A DNA stretch of 64,000 bases, from the NCBI RefSeq assembly GCF_006345805.1, contig NC_043005.1, positions 63,674,001 through 63,738,000 of the forward strand. Direction: 5' to 3'. This DNA comes from Octopus sinensis. Lineage: Eukaryota. Below are positions 49,606-63,900 of this stretch, in pieces. A program made the position numbers and the translations under genes. Position 1 is the stretch's first letter. Each line of letters starts with the position of its first letter. The notes under the pieces were generated by a model. That model ran no database searches, was not told the DNA's origin, and worked only from the letters and a program-made list of their open reading frames with translations.

Positions 49606-50782
49606 GTATGACCAGCATATTCCTTATTTTTCCATATATGTATCTAAGATATTATTCGATTACGTTCTGCTCTTCCAGTTTTTTTCTACAAGGTAGGGTA
49701 GACGCCCTTTCGCTAGTTCATTTGGTAGCCATTTCATCTAAGGGGTATTGACATGTCTATCTTTTAGTGTATTTTATATGAGCGAACAACAACTAATATA
49801 ACAATCGGGCCTTTGTACAGTCACCCCATTTGGCGTTTATATCAAGGCCAACTCTGTTTGAGCACAACTTTAATCAACGACTTTCCATATTAACAATAAC
49901 CATCCAAACTTTACTCACTCATAGTACACCCTGAATCCTATTGTCCAATGTCTATGAGTAAAAGCAGGTGGCCTTGTAGTTAGGCTGTTTGGACTCAGGA
50001 TCATAAATACGTGGGTTAAATTACTAGAGCGGATGACACGATGGGGTCTTTTCTGTTCTTGTCACAGTTTTTAAAATTTTTCAAATTTGGTATATCGATG
50101 TAATTTTTCACGCTGAATCTGATTTTGTTGTTCACTTGTTCCAGAAACCTTGAAGAAAAATGTTATAAAGATTTACAGTTTGGTATTTTTATCTAATCGG
50201 AAAATAGTGTTTGGAAGCTGGCATTTTCTACATGATAGCTATCACAAAATGAAAGCAAGACATTAAAACGACGATGCTTTATTAAACATAATGAAAGCAA
50301 ATCATAACGACAATGAAAGACGTAAGAAGTTTTGAAGTTCAAATAAGTTTCAATGATTAATATCATGTGAAACGGTTCGAACAGTCAAGTAAATAATTTA
50401 AGAAAGAAAAAATCGTCGTTAAAAAGACACAGTAATGTAAAACAATGTTAAAAGATACAGTAATATAAAACAAGCGGTCAAACAGGCATGTAAACAATTT
50501 AAAAAGGAAAAATCCTCAATCAATTTTTTTAAAAATAAATCTTACAAAAAAACAAACAAATTTGTACGTTATAGTATTGTAATAGTTCAGTTCATGCAAA
50601 CAAATAATACATTTTTATAGCGAAAATCAGAAATACGAAAGTTCAGAATATAAGTATTCGTCAAAGAAAATAGGTCAACAAGTAGTGGTTGTAGCAGATT
50701 TAAACAGACGACATCTTGGCTCGTTACTATAGAAACCAGCACCGATATGTCTGTGGCTTTCCATTAGCTAAAATTACTCAAA

Positions 50783-50990
50783 GGTGGTGAGATGACAGAA
50801 GCGTTACCGCACGAGGCAAAATGCTTAGCGGCATCTGCCTTCACGTTCTGAGTTCAAATACCTCCGAGGCAGAATCTACCGTTTTATCCTTACGGGGTCT
50901 ATAACATAAGTACCAGATGAGTACTGGTGTCGATGAAATCGACTTACCAATTTCCCTGAAATTGCTAACCTAGTGCCAAAATTTGAAATC
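50783..50990 (+). mobile_element. SINE family A, degenerate
   Basis: Head ggtggtgagatgacagaagcgtta, gttctgagttcaaat, tail gtgccaaaatttgaaatc. Confidence 0.8.
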
Positions 50991-51440
50991 AAAATTTGCA
51001 AGGTTTAAAAGCTATAACTTATTATTTATTAATTTATAGCAATAATGAATTTCATTTTCCTAATTAGCATGCAAAAGTATACCATTATACCAAATTTGAA
51101 AACAACTGGAACAAAAGTTTTTTTTTAACTAGAAAACTGCGATAGCAACAGGAAAGATACGCGCGATGTACACTTGAGGAAGGCAATTCGTGTCACGATA
51201 CCCAAGTATACTGAGTTGTAATGAGCACTATCTAGGTGCTGGTACAGGCTCTCTTCTCCTCTTACTGTCACATCCATATCGTTGAGTGAGTTAAAAATCA
51301 GAGTACTGAGTGGATATTGATTAGTTGTACTTCAATAATGTAAGGTATGATTTGAAAGAAACTTACCTGCCACTTCTTGCATGAAGAAAGACTACACAGT
51401 GGCTTCTTCATTGGCTTTCTCGACTTTGTAGTTTCTATAG

Positions 51441-51532
51441 GTGACGTGGCTAGCTGCATACCAACACAATACCTCACTGTGATAGAGGAATTTGATATTT
51501 TGAACACCAACCAACCATCCGTACAAATGTAA
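51441..51532 (+). CDS. Candidate terminal exon (GDVASCIPTQYLTVIEEFDILNTNQPSVQM*)
   Basis: ctttgtagtttctatag acceptor; joins 49558-49605 in phase 1; TAA at 51530-51532. Confidence 0.28.
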
Positions 51533-54451
51533 AACATCGAGAATATATAGGTGCCAGTGAAAAAAATTTAATTTAAAAGAAATTAATTATTGCTTTGTTC
51601 TGACAACCGATTGCACTTGTCAGTGATTACTATAAAACTACTTTGTAAAAAATAGCGTAGTTATGAAATTTAATTATACGACTAACACGTATAATTAAAA
51701 GGTCTAAATGTCTAAGATGAACTGCTATTAATAAGAATATAATTTTTCAGTCTATAATTTTAAAATAACTTTTCTACAGAATGCGGTTGACCTCGTCTTT
51801 AGAGATGACATTTTAAAGAAATTATCTCTCTCTCTCTCACTGTGGGTGTGTGAGAGAGAGTCTATTCAATCAAAATCTCAAGGTACGCCTACAATATGCA
51901 AGATGCTGGTTGTGAAACGTTCAAATCAGAGACAAAGATCGAGAAATGAACGTTGGCGAGACAAGTTGTTATTGTTCTACTCTCATTACGCACATATACA
52001 GATAAAGTGACAAGGATAACTAAATCCAAGAAAATATAAAGGAAAAACTTTTTCCAAATTTCCACATTGTTTTCATAAATGATCATCAGATAATTTGTAC
52101 TAAAGGTGTTTTCTTCTTATTTCCAGACGAATAATAAAATTTATTAGCCCACTATAACATTAAGGAATAAAGTATCTTTTTTCCAGTAGATGAAACGTAT
52201 TAAGACATACAATAAATGCAAATAGGAAACGAAAGCTACAAATTTCATTTTGAATGATAGATCAATAAACCGAAATAATATAATCTTACGTGCGCTACAA
52301 GTAATAATAATTTGTATTTGATGGTCATGGGCTTAAATTTCCTATATATATTTTACGGATAATCGGTTGAGTTGTTCAGATTTGAGGATACTGTCCAGTG
52401 TCAATGGTGGGGTACGAACTTCTGACACTTTGGTTGATTGTTCGGTATTCTCCCTACACAGTCAGCTGCTTATTGTCGAAGATCAAGAAGATTGTGAATT
52501 CAGGACAGATTTAGTTGGTATATATGGTAAAAGCCGAAAGAAATATATGTCATAGTAAATATCTTTCTCATATGCTACGCATTTAAATCTTCCGGAAATG
52601 GATTCTACGCTTACGGGCTCCGTCAGGATCGATAAACATGTGTGTGTGTGAGTGTGAGAGAGAGAGAGAGAGAGAAGATCACTGACTAGTGAGTCTGTTG
52701 AACTGAGGCCAAAACGGTCTTTTGATAGTCACTTGAAAGAACTAATTTCAGTTGACTATATTAGAAATACCTTTCCCCTATTTGAATGAATTTGCAATTG
52801 AAAGGAAGTAGTCACGAATATATTGGAGATTTTTCCAATGTAATCTATCTCTGAATAAAAATTAACCTTGTGTGCAGTCAAAGAAAATATTTCTTAATTT
52901 AAAATCAGTGCATTAGGCAGGGATGCATGAGTGCTACGCTGAGATATTTAGATTTGTATTTCTTCGTATATTGGATATATTGTAAAATATATTAATCCAA
53001 ATGTTAAATATTTCCATCTCACTCTCACCCAGTTTCCTATCTCCCCTTATTTCCTATCTATCTATTTATCAATTTATCTCTTTTTCTCACGCACATACAA
53101 CCACATATAAATGCCTATTTAACTGATATATGCATTCGCATAAGGACTGTAAGAAATGAAGTTCGCCTTGCAATAGTACGACGCCATATTTGACGAAGCT
53201 GTTGTAAGCAGATCAACCCAGTAAACATCTTTTTAAAACGAATGAACCAAGCCCAGCGAGCTGTTTTCAAAATATTATGATGAAATACATAAACATCAAA
53301 AACGAAGAAGGTCAGTATAAACAGATGTGAACAACATATAGATAATTAGGAGGAAAAGCAATGCAACGATAAATATGGGTTTAGAACGTTCCTCTGTTAG
53401 GATAAAATATTCTAAAGAAATCAGAATTCAAACTAAAATTATTCTTCGCTAATATTTGCTGAAAGTGTTTCGATTCCACCGATTCTTGTTCATTGTTGAT
53501 ACTCATTTTCTATCATTGCCAGATAGATAAATGGTTTAAATAGTTCGCGCTAAGATTTGAAATCGAAAACTGAAGGAAACAATCAGTAAACGGAATGGGA
53601 AATCATTTAAAAGAAAAGAAATAAGGGCAGTGCCAGGTATTTGTTTCAAAATGTAAATTAATAATAGAAAAATCTGAGATATTATCGAAACCGTCACAAT
53701 ATTTAAAACCGTAATCTATGAAAGTCAGCTTAATATTGCATTTTGGAAAGAAAATAATATTGAAAATATTTAGAGAATAACATCGAGACAGAAGTCAAAG
53801 TAAATAAATCTACAAATATACAAGTGTATTGATGAAATAGTCAACTTAAGGTATTTGTTTTATTAGATTTTTGTAATGTAATTCAAATGCTTCTTTTAAA
53901 AGCTTAGAGACAGGATTCCTGATAAATGTAACTCTGTAGCGATATAGAGAAAAAAGAACAAACAAGTTTTACCTTAAAGAACGAGCATTACAAACAAAAT
54001 TTTATGAAAATGTTATTTGTGAATATTGGATTGCAGTCGTAAAAAAGGATTAAAACGGCAATATGAAGTTGGATATATGGCATATATCCACAGTTTGTTT
54101 TGTTTCTTGTGATTATTGCCATATTTTATTATTAGTATGGTAAATATAATTGCATTGCAGACAATGTTGCAGTGAATTGAGTCAGTAAACCAAAATTTAA
54201 ATTTGAATGCAGACATTTCTAGAAAGCTACAAAGAAAGGAATCGCAAGAGTTCGATCAATAATTAGGTTAATACACATTTAGTCGTTATATATTGAACCA
54301 AGGGACTACTAGATGATACAGCTTGTCGCAATCGGCAGCCATAACAATGTAACACGCTACGACGGAACTACCGCGTGGGTACTCAACCTGCTAGAAACAA
54401 AAGCCAAATATCCATCAGATCACACCCTACATTCTTGTAAAAGGAATACAT

Positions 54452-54868
54452 CTTTTTTCTTTATTGACCACAGGGGTCTAAACATAGAGGGGACAGACAA
54501 GAACAGACAAACGGATTAAATCAATTACATTGACCCCAGTGTGAAACTGGTGCATTTAATCGATCCCAAAAGGATGAAAGGCAAAGTTGACCTCGGCGGA
54601 ATTTGAACTCAGAACGTAACGGCAGATGAAATACCTATTTCTTTATTACCCACAAGGGGCCAAACAGAGAGAAGACAAACAAGGACAGACAAACGGATTA
54701 AGTCGATTATATCGACCCCAGTGCGTAAGTGGTACTTATTTAATCGACCCCGAAAGGATGAAAGGCAAAGTCGACCTCGGTGGAATTTGAACTCAGAACG
54801 TAACGGCAGACGAAATACTGCTAAGCATTTCGCCCGGCGGGCTAACGGTTCTGCTAGCTCGACCCCCT
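54452..54868 (-). mobile_element. Dimeric SINE family A with ~12-bp TSD
   Basis: Two tandem units; aaaggaatacat (54440-54451) vs aaaggagtacat (54869-54880). Confidence 0.88.
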
Positions 54869-55474
54869 AAAGGAGTACATATTGAGCAAGCGAATCGAGG
54901 AAAGAGCTGAGTGGACATCGATGTAACGCTTTTGTTAAAGGCAGGGGTGACCTGAAGTGACACAACAGCAACAGAACAACAACACTGTAGAACTGATGGA
55001 GTTTTTTTTTGTTTGTTTCTAAAGCTGAGTTCGGATTCAAAGAGTTTAGCATGGAAATAGGACTTTGATATTTTAGCTGAATTTCAAACTCTTTGAGAAA
55101 AATACGTGAGTTAACATTTGAATAGATAGAATTTTTTAATGGTTAATCATAAATTTAATAGGCTAGGCTGGAGAAAAATTCCATTCCAGTGTGATAGGAG
55201 TTTGGATAATGATGATGCCTCGAAGTAGACGTGGTTCTGGTGGTAGTATAGAAAGAAAATCCTAAGCACAATGCTTCAAAATTGTGCTTATTTTATGAAA
55301 TATGCAACTACGTACGGGTTTTATGGTAGGCTCTGTTCCGAGTTTAACAATTAGCTTTGTTTTTCTCGGGTCTTAGGACAGCAGCAGTACAATGGAGTGA
55401 CAGGATGAGGCTGAGGGGAATGCCACACTGCTGCTAAAAGCTATGACACACACGCAAGCATACACACATATACA

Positions 55475-55555
<81 letters not shown>

Positions 55556-55735
55556 AAACAAACAAGGATACAAATGCATGCGCACATAAGGATACACAGA
55601 ATAGAGTAAGTGGAGCTAGAACACACGGAAACAAAAAGTCTCAGTGAAGAGGTCACAGATGTGTGACGAAAGATTTCCAGACAATGGACATAAAATAAGA
55701 ACAGTAATTAACGAGTGAAGAAATATATATATATA

Positions 55736-55870
<135 letters not shown>

Positions 55871-57509
55871 GTATGTATATATATTGTGTATATATATGTA
55901 TATATAGTGCATGTGTTTAATTGGCAAAAACATAATTAAATTAAATGACCAGCCAAAAATACAACAATATCTATTCCGAGTATATTTGATAAATGGCATT
56001 TTAAGCTAGATATACGAGAGCAGAGATAACCGAGTCAAGACAGCTAGGAGAAATACCAAAAGTTCTTGACTGTCACTGGTATTGAATTGCATCCGTTGAT
56101 AAGAAAAATATTTAAAACCCAAATACTGCTCAATTATTTCTAAGCACGTATAGTAAAGGACACAATCTACTGTTAAAGGCGGGCGTAAGCGCACAGTGGG
56201 ATTGAAGATTCTTTATTTTGTAACAGTGTACTTCAAATCATCGAGCGAGAAAATTAACCAGCAATATACCATCGTTTTCAAACTGTAGATTTGTTTATCT
56301 TTCATTCCATTTACGCATCGAAGAACTAGAAATGTGCACACATCGTACAAATGCTTATGACTCACAATAAGAATAGTCATGAGGTGTAAGCAAACCTCAG
56401 GTACTTAGAATTAAAATTTCTGTTAAAAGATTGGTGTCTTCTGCAATTATAAACATAGGAAGCAACGGAGCTTATAGCGCTACAAATCCTGCACAATAAT
56501 ATTTGACTTTCCGTATAAATATTTTCTTCACTGTTTTTAACACGATAATATCAGAACGGCAAAAGCTTAGTTTACATTTGAAATATACTATAAAATTCAT
56601 GAGAGAAATGGTTTTGTTCCAGAAGTTACATATTAACAAAGGTTGAGATTCAATTCATGCTTATATACACTTGTTACACACACACACACACATTTCAGAT
56701 AGACACAAACCATATTCATACATTATCGAATTGCGTGTGCGTGTATGTCTGTCTATGTATGTAATTATGCATTTAAGTATGAATACTCGTGTCTCGTTTG
56801 TACAGTTGATTACAAGCTAACCGCATTGCCATGAATTATATGGCTAATTTTATGCCCCATCAGCAGGTTACGAATAGAGAAAGGAAACCAGTAGACACTA
56901 AAGAACCTAATGACGTGTTAAGAATTTTATGATTTTATACGATAAAACGAAACTTAAATTTGCATACCAGTTTTGAGAAGACGTGATATAAGCTTGTTCT
57001 TCATTTAATGTAATACTTCGGCCCAATAAGTAGACCTGAATTATTCGGCCAGCTGTATCTTAATAAATCTATGATACATATTTGAGGTTTAATACAAACT
57101 CCTACATCCTCTGTTGTAAGCATTTGATTCATGTCTTCCAACTGGTGCTAGTTTCTCTTTAATTTTTCTATCAGTATCGGAAAAAGCTCATGTCTGCGGT
57201 CTTTCCTTCTCTGAATAAGCCATATCCTCCCTCTTTCATCTCTCTATCTCTGTCGTCCGATGAAACATATTATAAAAGTTTGATGCTGCGAATTTAAGAT
57301 TCGTATGATAAATGTATAATGTCCGTAGTTAGTTAATCTCAACAAGTCTGTAGAGGAAATGAAAAAGTGTAATGTTACAATGTAGGCAAAACACTGCAAT
57401 TCTTTGTAGTAAAAACAAAGTTGTTGAAAATGTTTTGATTATACCGCTTTATATATACATATATATATGTGTGTGTGTATGTATGTATGTATGTATGTAT
57501 GTATGTAGT

Positions 57510-57715
57510 TCGATATGTGACCGCGTGTGTGTCGTTGGCGATTTTTCTTTCTCCGTCATCCCTTCCTTGGACCTTTCGTTTTCCTCTGTTTCTGATGAAG
57601 AGCTCCGCTCAAAACGTTAATTCCTCCTTTCTGAGCGTCCAATAACACTATACTTGTTCCACGTCCTCGCGTTGTTGTGTTTTCTCTTTGTTCATATTTG
57701 GATTAACTATATATA
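57510..57715 (+). mobile_element. PLE terminal-repeat remnant with a core-mutated minimal hammerhead
   Basis: ctgatga-a-gagc-tcc-gctc-aaaac-gtt at 57592-57618; the expected GAAAC reads AAAAC. Confidence 0.55.
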
Positions 57716-57744
57716 TGATTGTGTGGATGTATTTTACTTTTTAC

Positions 57745-58120
57745 TTATCTCATTCACTAGACTGTGGCCATGCTGGAGCGCCGCCTTGAAAATCTCAGTC
57801 GAACGAAACCTCCCATGCTTAACTTTGTTAAGCATGGTATTTATCATATCGGACTCTTTTGTCGAACCGCTAAATTACGGGATGTAAACACACCAGGACA
57901 GTTTGTTAAGCGGTGGCGGGACAAACACAGACGCGATCGCACACACGCATACATACATATATAGAAAGGACGGGATTCTTGCAGTTATATTCTACTATAC
58001 CCACTCACGAGACTTTGATCTGCCTAAGGCTATAGTAGATGACACTTGCCCGAGGTGACACGCAGTGGGATTGAACCTGGAATCATATAGTTGGGAAGCA
58101 AGCTTCTTACCACACAGCCA
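57745..58120 (-). mobile_element. SINE family B
   Basis: Head gcatgtggctgtgtggtaagaagcttgcttcccaac on the minus strand; shared body. Confidence 0.85.
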
Positions 58121-58229
58121 CATGCCTAATGTATTCCTGAATCTCAGAATCTGTTAAGTTTGGAACTGTCTGTAGCTTTAACTGGACCATTTCACATATA
58201 GCAAACATTTAATGTCAACGAAATGTATA

Positions 58230-59000
58230 TTTGGATCAACGACTCAAGAATTTATTATCGTCTTGTCGACCTAAGATTACACTCTGATTTCCACAACTCG
58301 TGTCTGTATCGCTACTTCCAGATGTGCTGTGCTGCATTGAGGCTACTAGACAATGTTGGGACTTTCGGGGCCCACCATCTGACAGGCTGTTTCCTCTCCT
58401 GTCATTCAGGCAGTCGCCACTCCAAGCTTCTATTGTACGTATCACAGGACTGCCGAGATGTAGTTTTTAGCAGAGGTGAGGAGATGATTAGTGCATGTTC
58501 AGAGAAAGAAAGTAGTGTCCAGTAAGATTTTTCGCTAGAAAGAGAGAGCTCTAATAACGTCTACCATGCAGCAACTGTTTTTTTAACTACTCACTGAGGA
58601 TTTGGTCATTACTCTCATTTCTGTTTTGTTTTGCTTTGCTTTTACATAGTTGTCAACTGTTCCATGATGAAGCATCATACTTGCCAACGGTCTGAACTGA
58701 TCTGCACCAAAAACCAAGTCTCTACCGATGAATTTGCGTTACACTCACTATACTTGATGTGTAAGAGAAGACAGAATGTCATCAGCGTCTGCTTCTACTT
58801 CCTACATCTTGGCCGTTTTGACATCTGGTGTATTACACCTGATTTCTATGCCCTTCGACTCTCTCAGCATCATCACCGTTCGCACCTTCCTTAGTTTATA
58901 AATTTCGACTAATCCCACGAGTGGTAACTGCAAGGAGCCTCTTTCACGATAGAGAGATGAACTGTTCAATATCCGAGGTAAGACTTGCCACTTTCTAATG
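58230..59000 (-). mobile_element. HERO/NeSL-like RLE LINE fragment (post-RT region)
   Basis: SSLYRERGSLQLPLVGLVEIYKLRKVRTVMMLRESK resembles the LY..LQLP..L.EEFK..L.DS motif; degenerate Cys/His knuckle and RYRHE downstream. Confidence 0.6.
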
Positions 59001-59783
59001 AACACATTACATTATTGTTCAATGATTTGAACTCATGACAGTGCTACCTCATATATCAAAAGTGCCCACGAATGTCGCGGATACAAGCCGAACTGCAAGT
59101 ACCAAATTTTATATTTAGCTGGTAGCTTTGAGTTATCAATTCCTGTTAATCCAACCTCGGATTGTTTCATAATTTGTATCTCCGCTTTGTTTATTCTTCT
59201 GCATTGCTATTTCCGATACTACATGTAGAAGAGATCAGATCAGAGTACAACTTAATGGTGATTCTTATTTTACTGAAATTGATGCATTCCTCTGTCTGCC
59301 TGTCTGTCTCTGTGTGTGTCTCTCTGTGTCTCTCTCTCTTTCCCACACTTACACTTAAACACACAAACACACACACACACACATATATATATATACTTAA
59401 TGTTACCTCTACATACATCATACGTGCATGTGTATATATGTACATATATATATATATATGCAACCACGTACATATTGGCATACATTTGTCTTTGTCAATA
59501 ATTGTGCGTGTTTGATCTCAGGCTAATTATCGTTTGATTTTCAGATTCCTCACTGTCCATAAAAAATATTATCAAATTCACCTTTGAAGTTCTCTCGGAA
59601 AATAACTCAACTAAATCGATTTGAAAAAAAGCACAGAAATACGAAAATATCAAAATAATATGAGTTAATTTTCCTGTAATAATTACCTGTTTCATTTACT
59701 ACAATGTTTGAATCTGTGTCAGATAAAAAGAAATATATGTACATGCAAACATATATATGCATAGATATATGTATGTATGTATG

Positions 59784-59828
<45 letters not shown>

Positions 59829-60779
59829 TATAAAGAGTAAAGGGTACATATATATATATATATATATGCATATACATTGATAAAAAAATACGTGTATGCA
59901 CGCACACGTATATATATATACATACTCAAATACATACTTTAAAACATGCGTAAACAACTGTTAATTTCTATTTTACTAGAAAAATCGAAAATATCTGAGT
60001 ATTTTTTGTTTTCCGCCGGAGACGTCTTGAATGTTCCAACCCTTCTCAAAAAATAAATTAGAATAAATAATGAAAAAAAAAACAGCCGTAGCAACAACAG
60101 AAACAGAAACAGGCTCGGTATTGAGTATTCAATCCTCTGCTCCCTCCCCAAAGAAGAACTAAATAAAATTTTGATTTGCTTATCTTGTCCCCATCACTCT
60201 CTCTCTCTCTCTCTCTCTCTCTTTATCTATCTATCTGTCTGTCTAGCAGTCTATCACTTTATCTATCTATTTATCTATTTTCCTTTCTCTTCCACTGTCA
60301 CCAGCCAAGATGAAAATTGTTTGCAAACCGATGTTTTTCTCTGAACAAAATATGATGTTGAAGCTACTGCCTACATACAATGCGACTAATTAAACAAAGC
60401 CGTTAATCTAGCTTACACACAATTAGTTTACACAATTTGATACCTAAAAATTTGACTGGAACATTTACCTTCTATCTTTTGTACAACGAGGGTTGACTTT
60501 GAGATAAATAACAGTAACAACAGCAGCAGTGGTTGCAACAGAGAGTGACTACGCTGTCGTTCGACTTGTTAAGAATAACAGCAAAGTCATGCCTTATCGT
60601 ATTCAAGTCAATGGATATATTGGACATTAGAGGGGCAGATATTTCAAAAGACGGTATCTATTGTATACCCTGTTCGTTCGACATAGACCACCACTTTACG
60701 AAATGTGTGTATAGGTAAACACACACACACACACACACACACACATATTTATATATATATTGGTTTCCAATTTAGACAC

Positions 60780-60970
60780 ACGGAGAGCAAGTTCGGGTGA
60801 GGGTAAGCCTATACATCGACACCAGTGCTTAGCTGGTAATTTTTTCATTGACTCCGAAAGGATGAAAGGCAAAGTCAACCTCGATAGAACTTGAACTCAA
60901 AACGTAAAGACGGACGAAATGCCGCTAATCAGTTTTTCCTGACGTGCTAGCGATTCTGCCAACTCTACTA
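60780..60970 (-). mobile_element. SINE family A
   Basis: Core ccgaaaggatgaaaggcaaagtcaacctc..gaactcaaaacgtaaag. Confidence 0.85.
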
Positions 60971-60994
60971 ACATATATATAGCTACCATCAATA

Positions 60995-62180
60995 ATGACA
61001 CACTTCTCCCCTCGATATATGCAGCTGTGAAGACCTCGTCGACATGTTGCATCTGCAATGAAGACTTTAACTCAGAAATAAGTTCATCACCATCCGAAAA
61101 GTGTTTCCCCTTTATGGTTGAAAAGAAGTAGAAGTCAGATGGTGTGAGGTCGGGAGAATAAGGGCGATGAGGAAGGATTTCTTAGCCACAAGACTGTGCT
61201 TTCATCTGGGCAACATGCGCATTGTGAACCGGGGCATTGTCGTGGAGGAGGTGGACTGCTTTGGTCAGCATGCCACGCTTCTCTGCTGTGGTGGCATCCT
61301 TCAATTTCAGCAGCAGAGAAGCATAATATGCTCCGTTAATTATGATGCCCTTTTCCAGAAAATCATCACTACTCCGCGCAGGTCCGAATCACCACTACAC
61401 CGCGCAGGTCCCAAAAGACTGTGAGCATCACCTTGGGTTGGACACGAACTTTCTTTGGAAGTGGTGAGTTATCATGCTTCCTTTTCCTCGACTGGACGTT
61501 AGTCTCAAGATCATAGTGATGGATCCATGTTTGATCCTGTGTGATTAGTCTGCCGAAAAAGTCCCCCTTCGTTTTCTTGGTACATTGGCAAAGAACCTGG
61601 GAGCAATTGACTCGTTCCTGCTACTGAAAAGGTGTGAGCATCCAGAAAATCCATCGGGCAAACAACTTCTGCATGTGCAAATGGTCGTGAATGATTTTCT
61701 CCACGGACCCTACATTTATCTTCACTTCTTGGGCTAGTTATCGGATAATTATGCAGCGATCCTTCAAAATAGCGGCTTCCACTTTATAGGTTGTTTCGAC
61801 ATCAATGACGGAATGTTGTCGTCTAGAAATAGGAGCAGTTTTCACCGATGTCCAACCACATTTGAACTGGCGTTGTCTGTGATTGACTACATCGTATTAT
61901 TGTATGTTCGTCACCATAAACGTCTTTCATCTCATCGTAAAACTCTTTCGGGGTACGACATTTCAAGTATAAGAACCTGATCAACGATCTGCATTCAAAT
62001 ACCTCCATTATAAGACCTTATTTTTCTTCAGCAGCCGTAAAAGACAAATGAATGAGAGTGGAAAACTGCAATATACAATGTGACGTGTAGAGACATGTAT
62101 GATTATACCTGTACAAGTTCCGTTTCCTGCAATAAACGGAAGTTAGTCAGGGGAAATCTTTAACAAACAACCCTCGTATA
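60995..62180 (-). mobile_element. Near full-length mariner pseudogene with 5' TIR
   Basis: TA|cgagggttgtttgttaaag terminus at ~62178; MEVFECRSLIRFLYLK (62008); LITQDQTWIHHYD, LLHDNAPVH, PHRPYSPDLTPSDF (DD34D). Stops and frameshifts present. Confidence 0.9.
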
Positions 62181-62479
62181 TATATATCATCTGTCCATGT
62201 TTTAATTGACGTAAATATATATTAAATCATAATAAAACTTTCTCTGATAGAGTTCTCTGTAGCTACATAAAAGTTAAGGATATACTTGTTACTATTAAGA
62301 AAACTGACAGCAACTTTAAAGTTTTACCTGAAATACGGCTTCTTGAAACTGTTTGAATGTGTCGTATCTTTGCAAACTTGAACGTCATTGCCAATTAATT
62401 TTATAAAAAAAAGTAAATGTAACTTGTACGTGCTTATGCTTGCATGCGTAAATCTCTCTATATATACACACAACACGTA

Positions 62480-62906
62480 TTTATATATACAAGTTGTTTG
62501 TGCATGTAAACACACACGTATATGCACATACATGTAAATTATACGCTTGTGTGCGTTTCTCTCTCTCTCCTTCCCCTCTCTCTCTCTCTATATATATATA
62601 TAAATATAAATATATATATGTATATATGTGTGTGTGTGTTTGTGCGTGTATGTGTGTATTTATGTATATATATATGTATATATATATATAGGTGTTTCGT
62701 ACATGTATGATATACATATGTTCACAAATAATGAAGATGTTTATACACAATTTTCTGTATATAAAGATATAAATATACATATACATACATATGTGTGTGT
62801 GTGTGCGTCTATATTTGTGTGTGTGTATGTCTGTGCATGCATATATGTATGTATGCATGTACGTATGTATGTGTACACAGAGATGGGAAAAGTGGGGGTA
62901 ATGAAG

Positions 62907-62978
<72 letters not shown>

Positions 62979-63900
62979 CAAACACAGGAGCACACGTATT
63001 TACATGAAGAATTTTGAGATATATCCACTACCGCAACTACCACAAAATGTACCTTCAGGTAAACATCTAAATTTACATGCGTGTACACTTACATGAATAA
63101 TGTAAATATACTAGCAGATATTCTCAAGAAGCGATATAATACGAAGCAATAATAAAGAATTCTTTAAAATGTCGTTTACACTTGGTTGGAATAATCTGCA
63201 CCAAATGTTTTCTTTTAAAGAACTAGTAATTTGCTTCAAGGAACCAAATACATTCATTCAACTAAACAATGTATCAAATATTCTACGTTTGTTAGCAACT
63301 AAAACAGAATACATGTATGTGTGTGTGTGTGTAATTTATGGATATATGTAAATAATTGTGTATATTTTTCTATTTCACTAATGGCTATGTTTGTTTGTTT
63401 GTTTTTTCCTACTGCTTGCATATTTCTCTGTCTTACGTATCTCCGTCCCTGACTTTTTGTTTCTCTGACGTTCCTGTCACTATGTCTTTATCTATTTGTC
63501 TTTATGTATGTATGTATGTATATATGTATGTATATATGTGCCTGTGTATGCGTGTGTGCGTGCGTGTATGCGTGTGTATGTCTTTATATTTGTTTTGCAT
63601 GTGTATAAATGAATGCAAGTTTTTTTTTTATTTATTTTCTATTAAGCTTTATATATATACAAATCATTTACGCCTACCGAGGAAGCATATATAAGCTCCC
63701 TATCTCTCTTCCTCCCTCTCTTTCTCACTCTGCATATATGTGTGCGTATGTGTGTCTGTGTGTGTAGTCATAAATACATACATATATATGTGTGCGTGTA
63801 TGCGCTTGTATGCGCGTGTGTGCTTGTGTGCGTATGTATCTATAAACGCACACATATCAACAACACGCATTCATACATGCAAAAGATTTTACGTATGCAT
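62480..63900. repeat. Dense (TA)n/(TG)n/(TATG)n microsatellite region; similar tracts at 7.7-8.4, 10.8, 13.2, 13.9, 30.4, 55.4-55.9 and 59.3-59.9 kb
   Basis: Directly visible; accounts for the YI/CV/HT-repeat ORFs in the ORF track. Confidence 0.95.

Noticed and set aside
51366-52480. Minus-strand exon pair (ENTEQSTKV..LNRLS / LATSPIETTKS..KKWQ) using the gtaagt donor at ~51366
   Set aside because: Overlaps the + strand candidate, has weak acceptors and no homology. Cannot choose without RNA data.
52690-52735. ctgttga..ccaaaacggtc hammerhead-like string
   Set aside because: Both core halves are mutated and no convincing stem II.
62327-62366. Minus-strand mini-exon YDTFKQFQEAVFQ
   Set aside because: Only 40 nt, weak splice signals, no partner exon.
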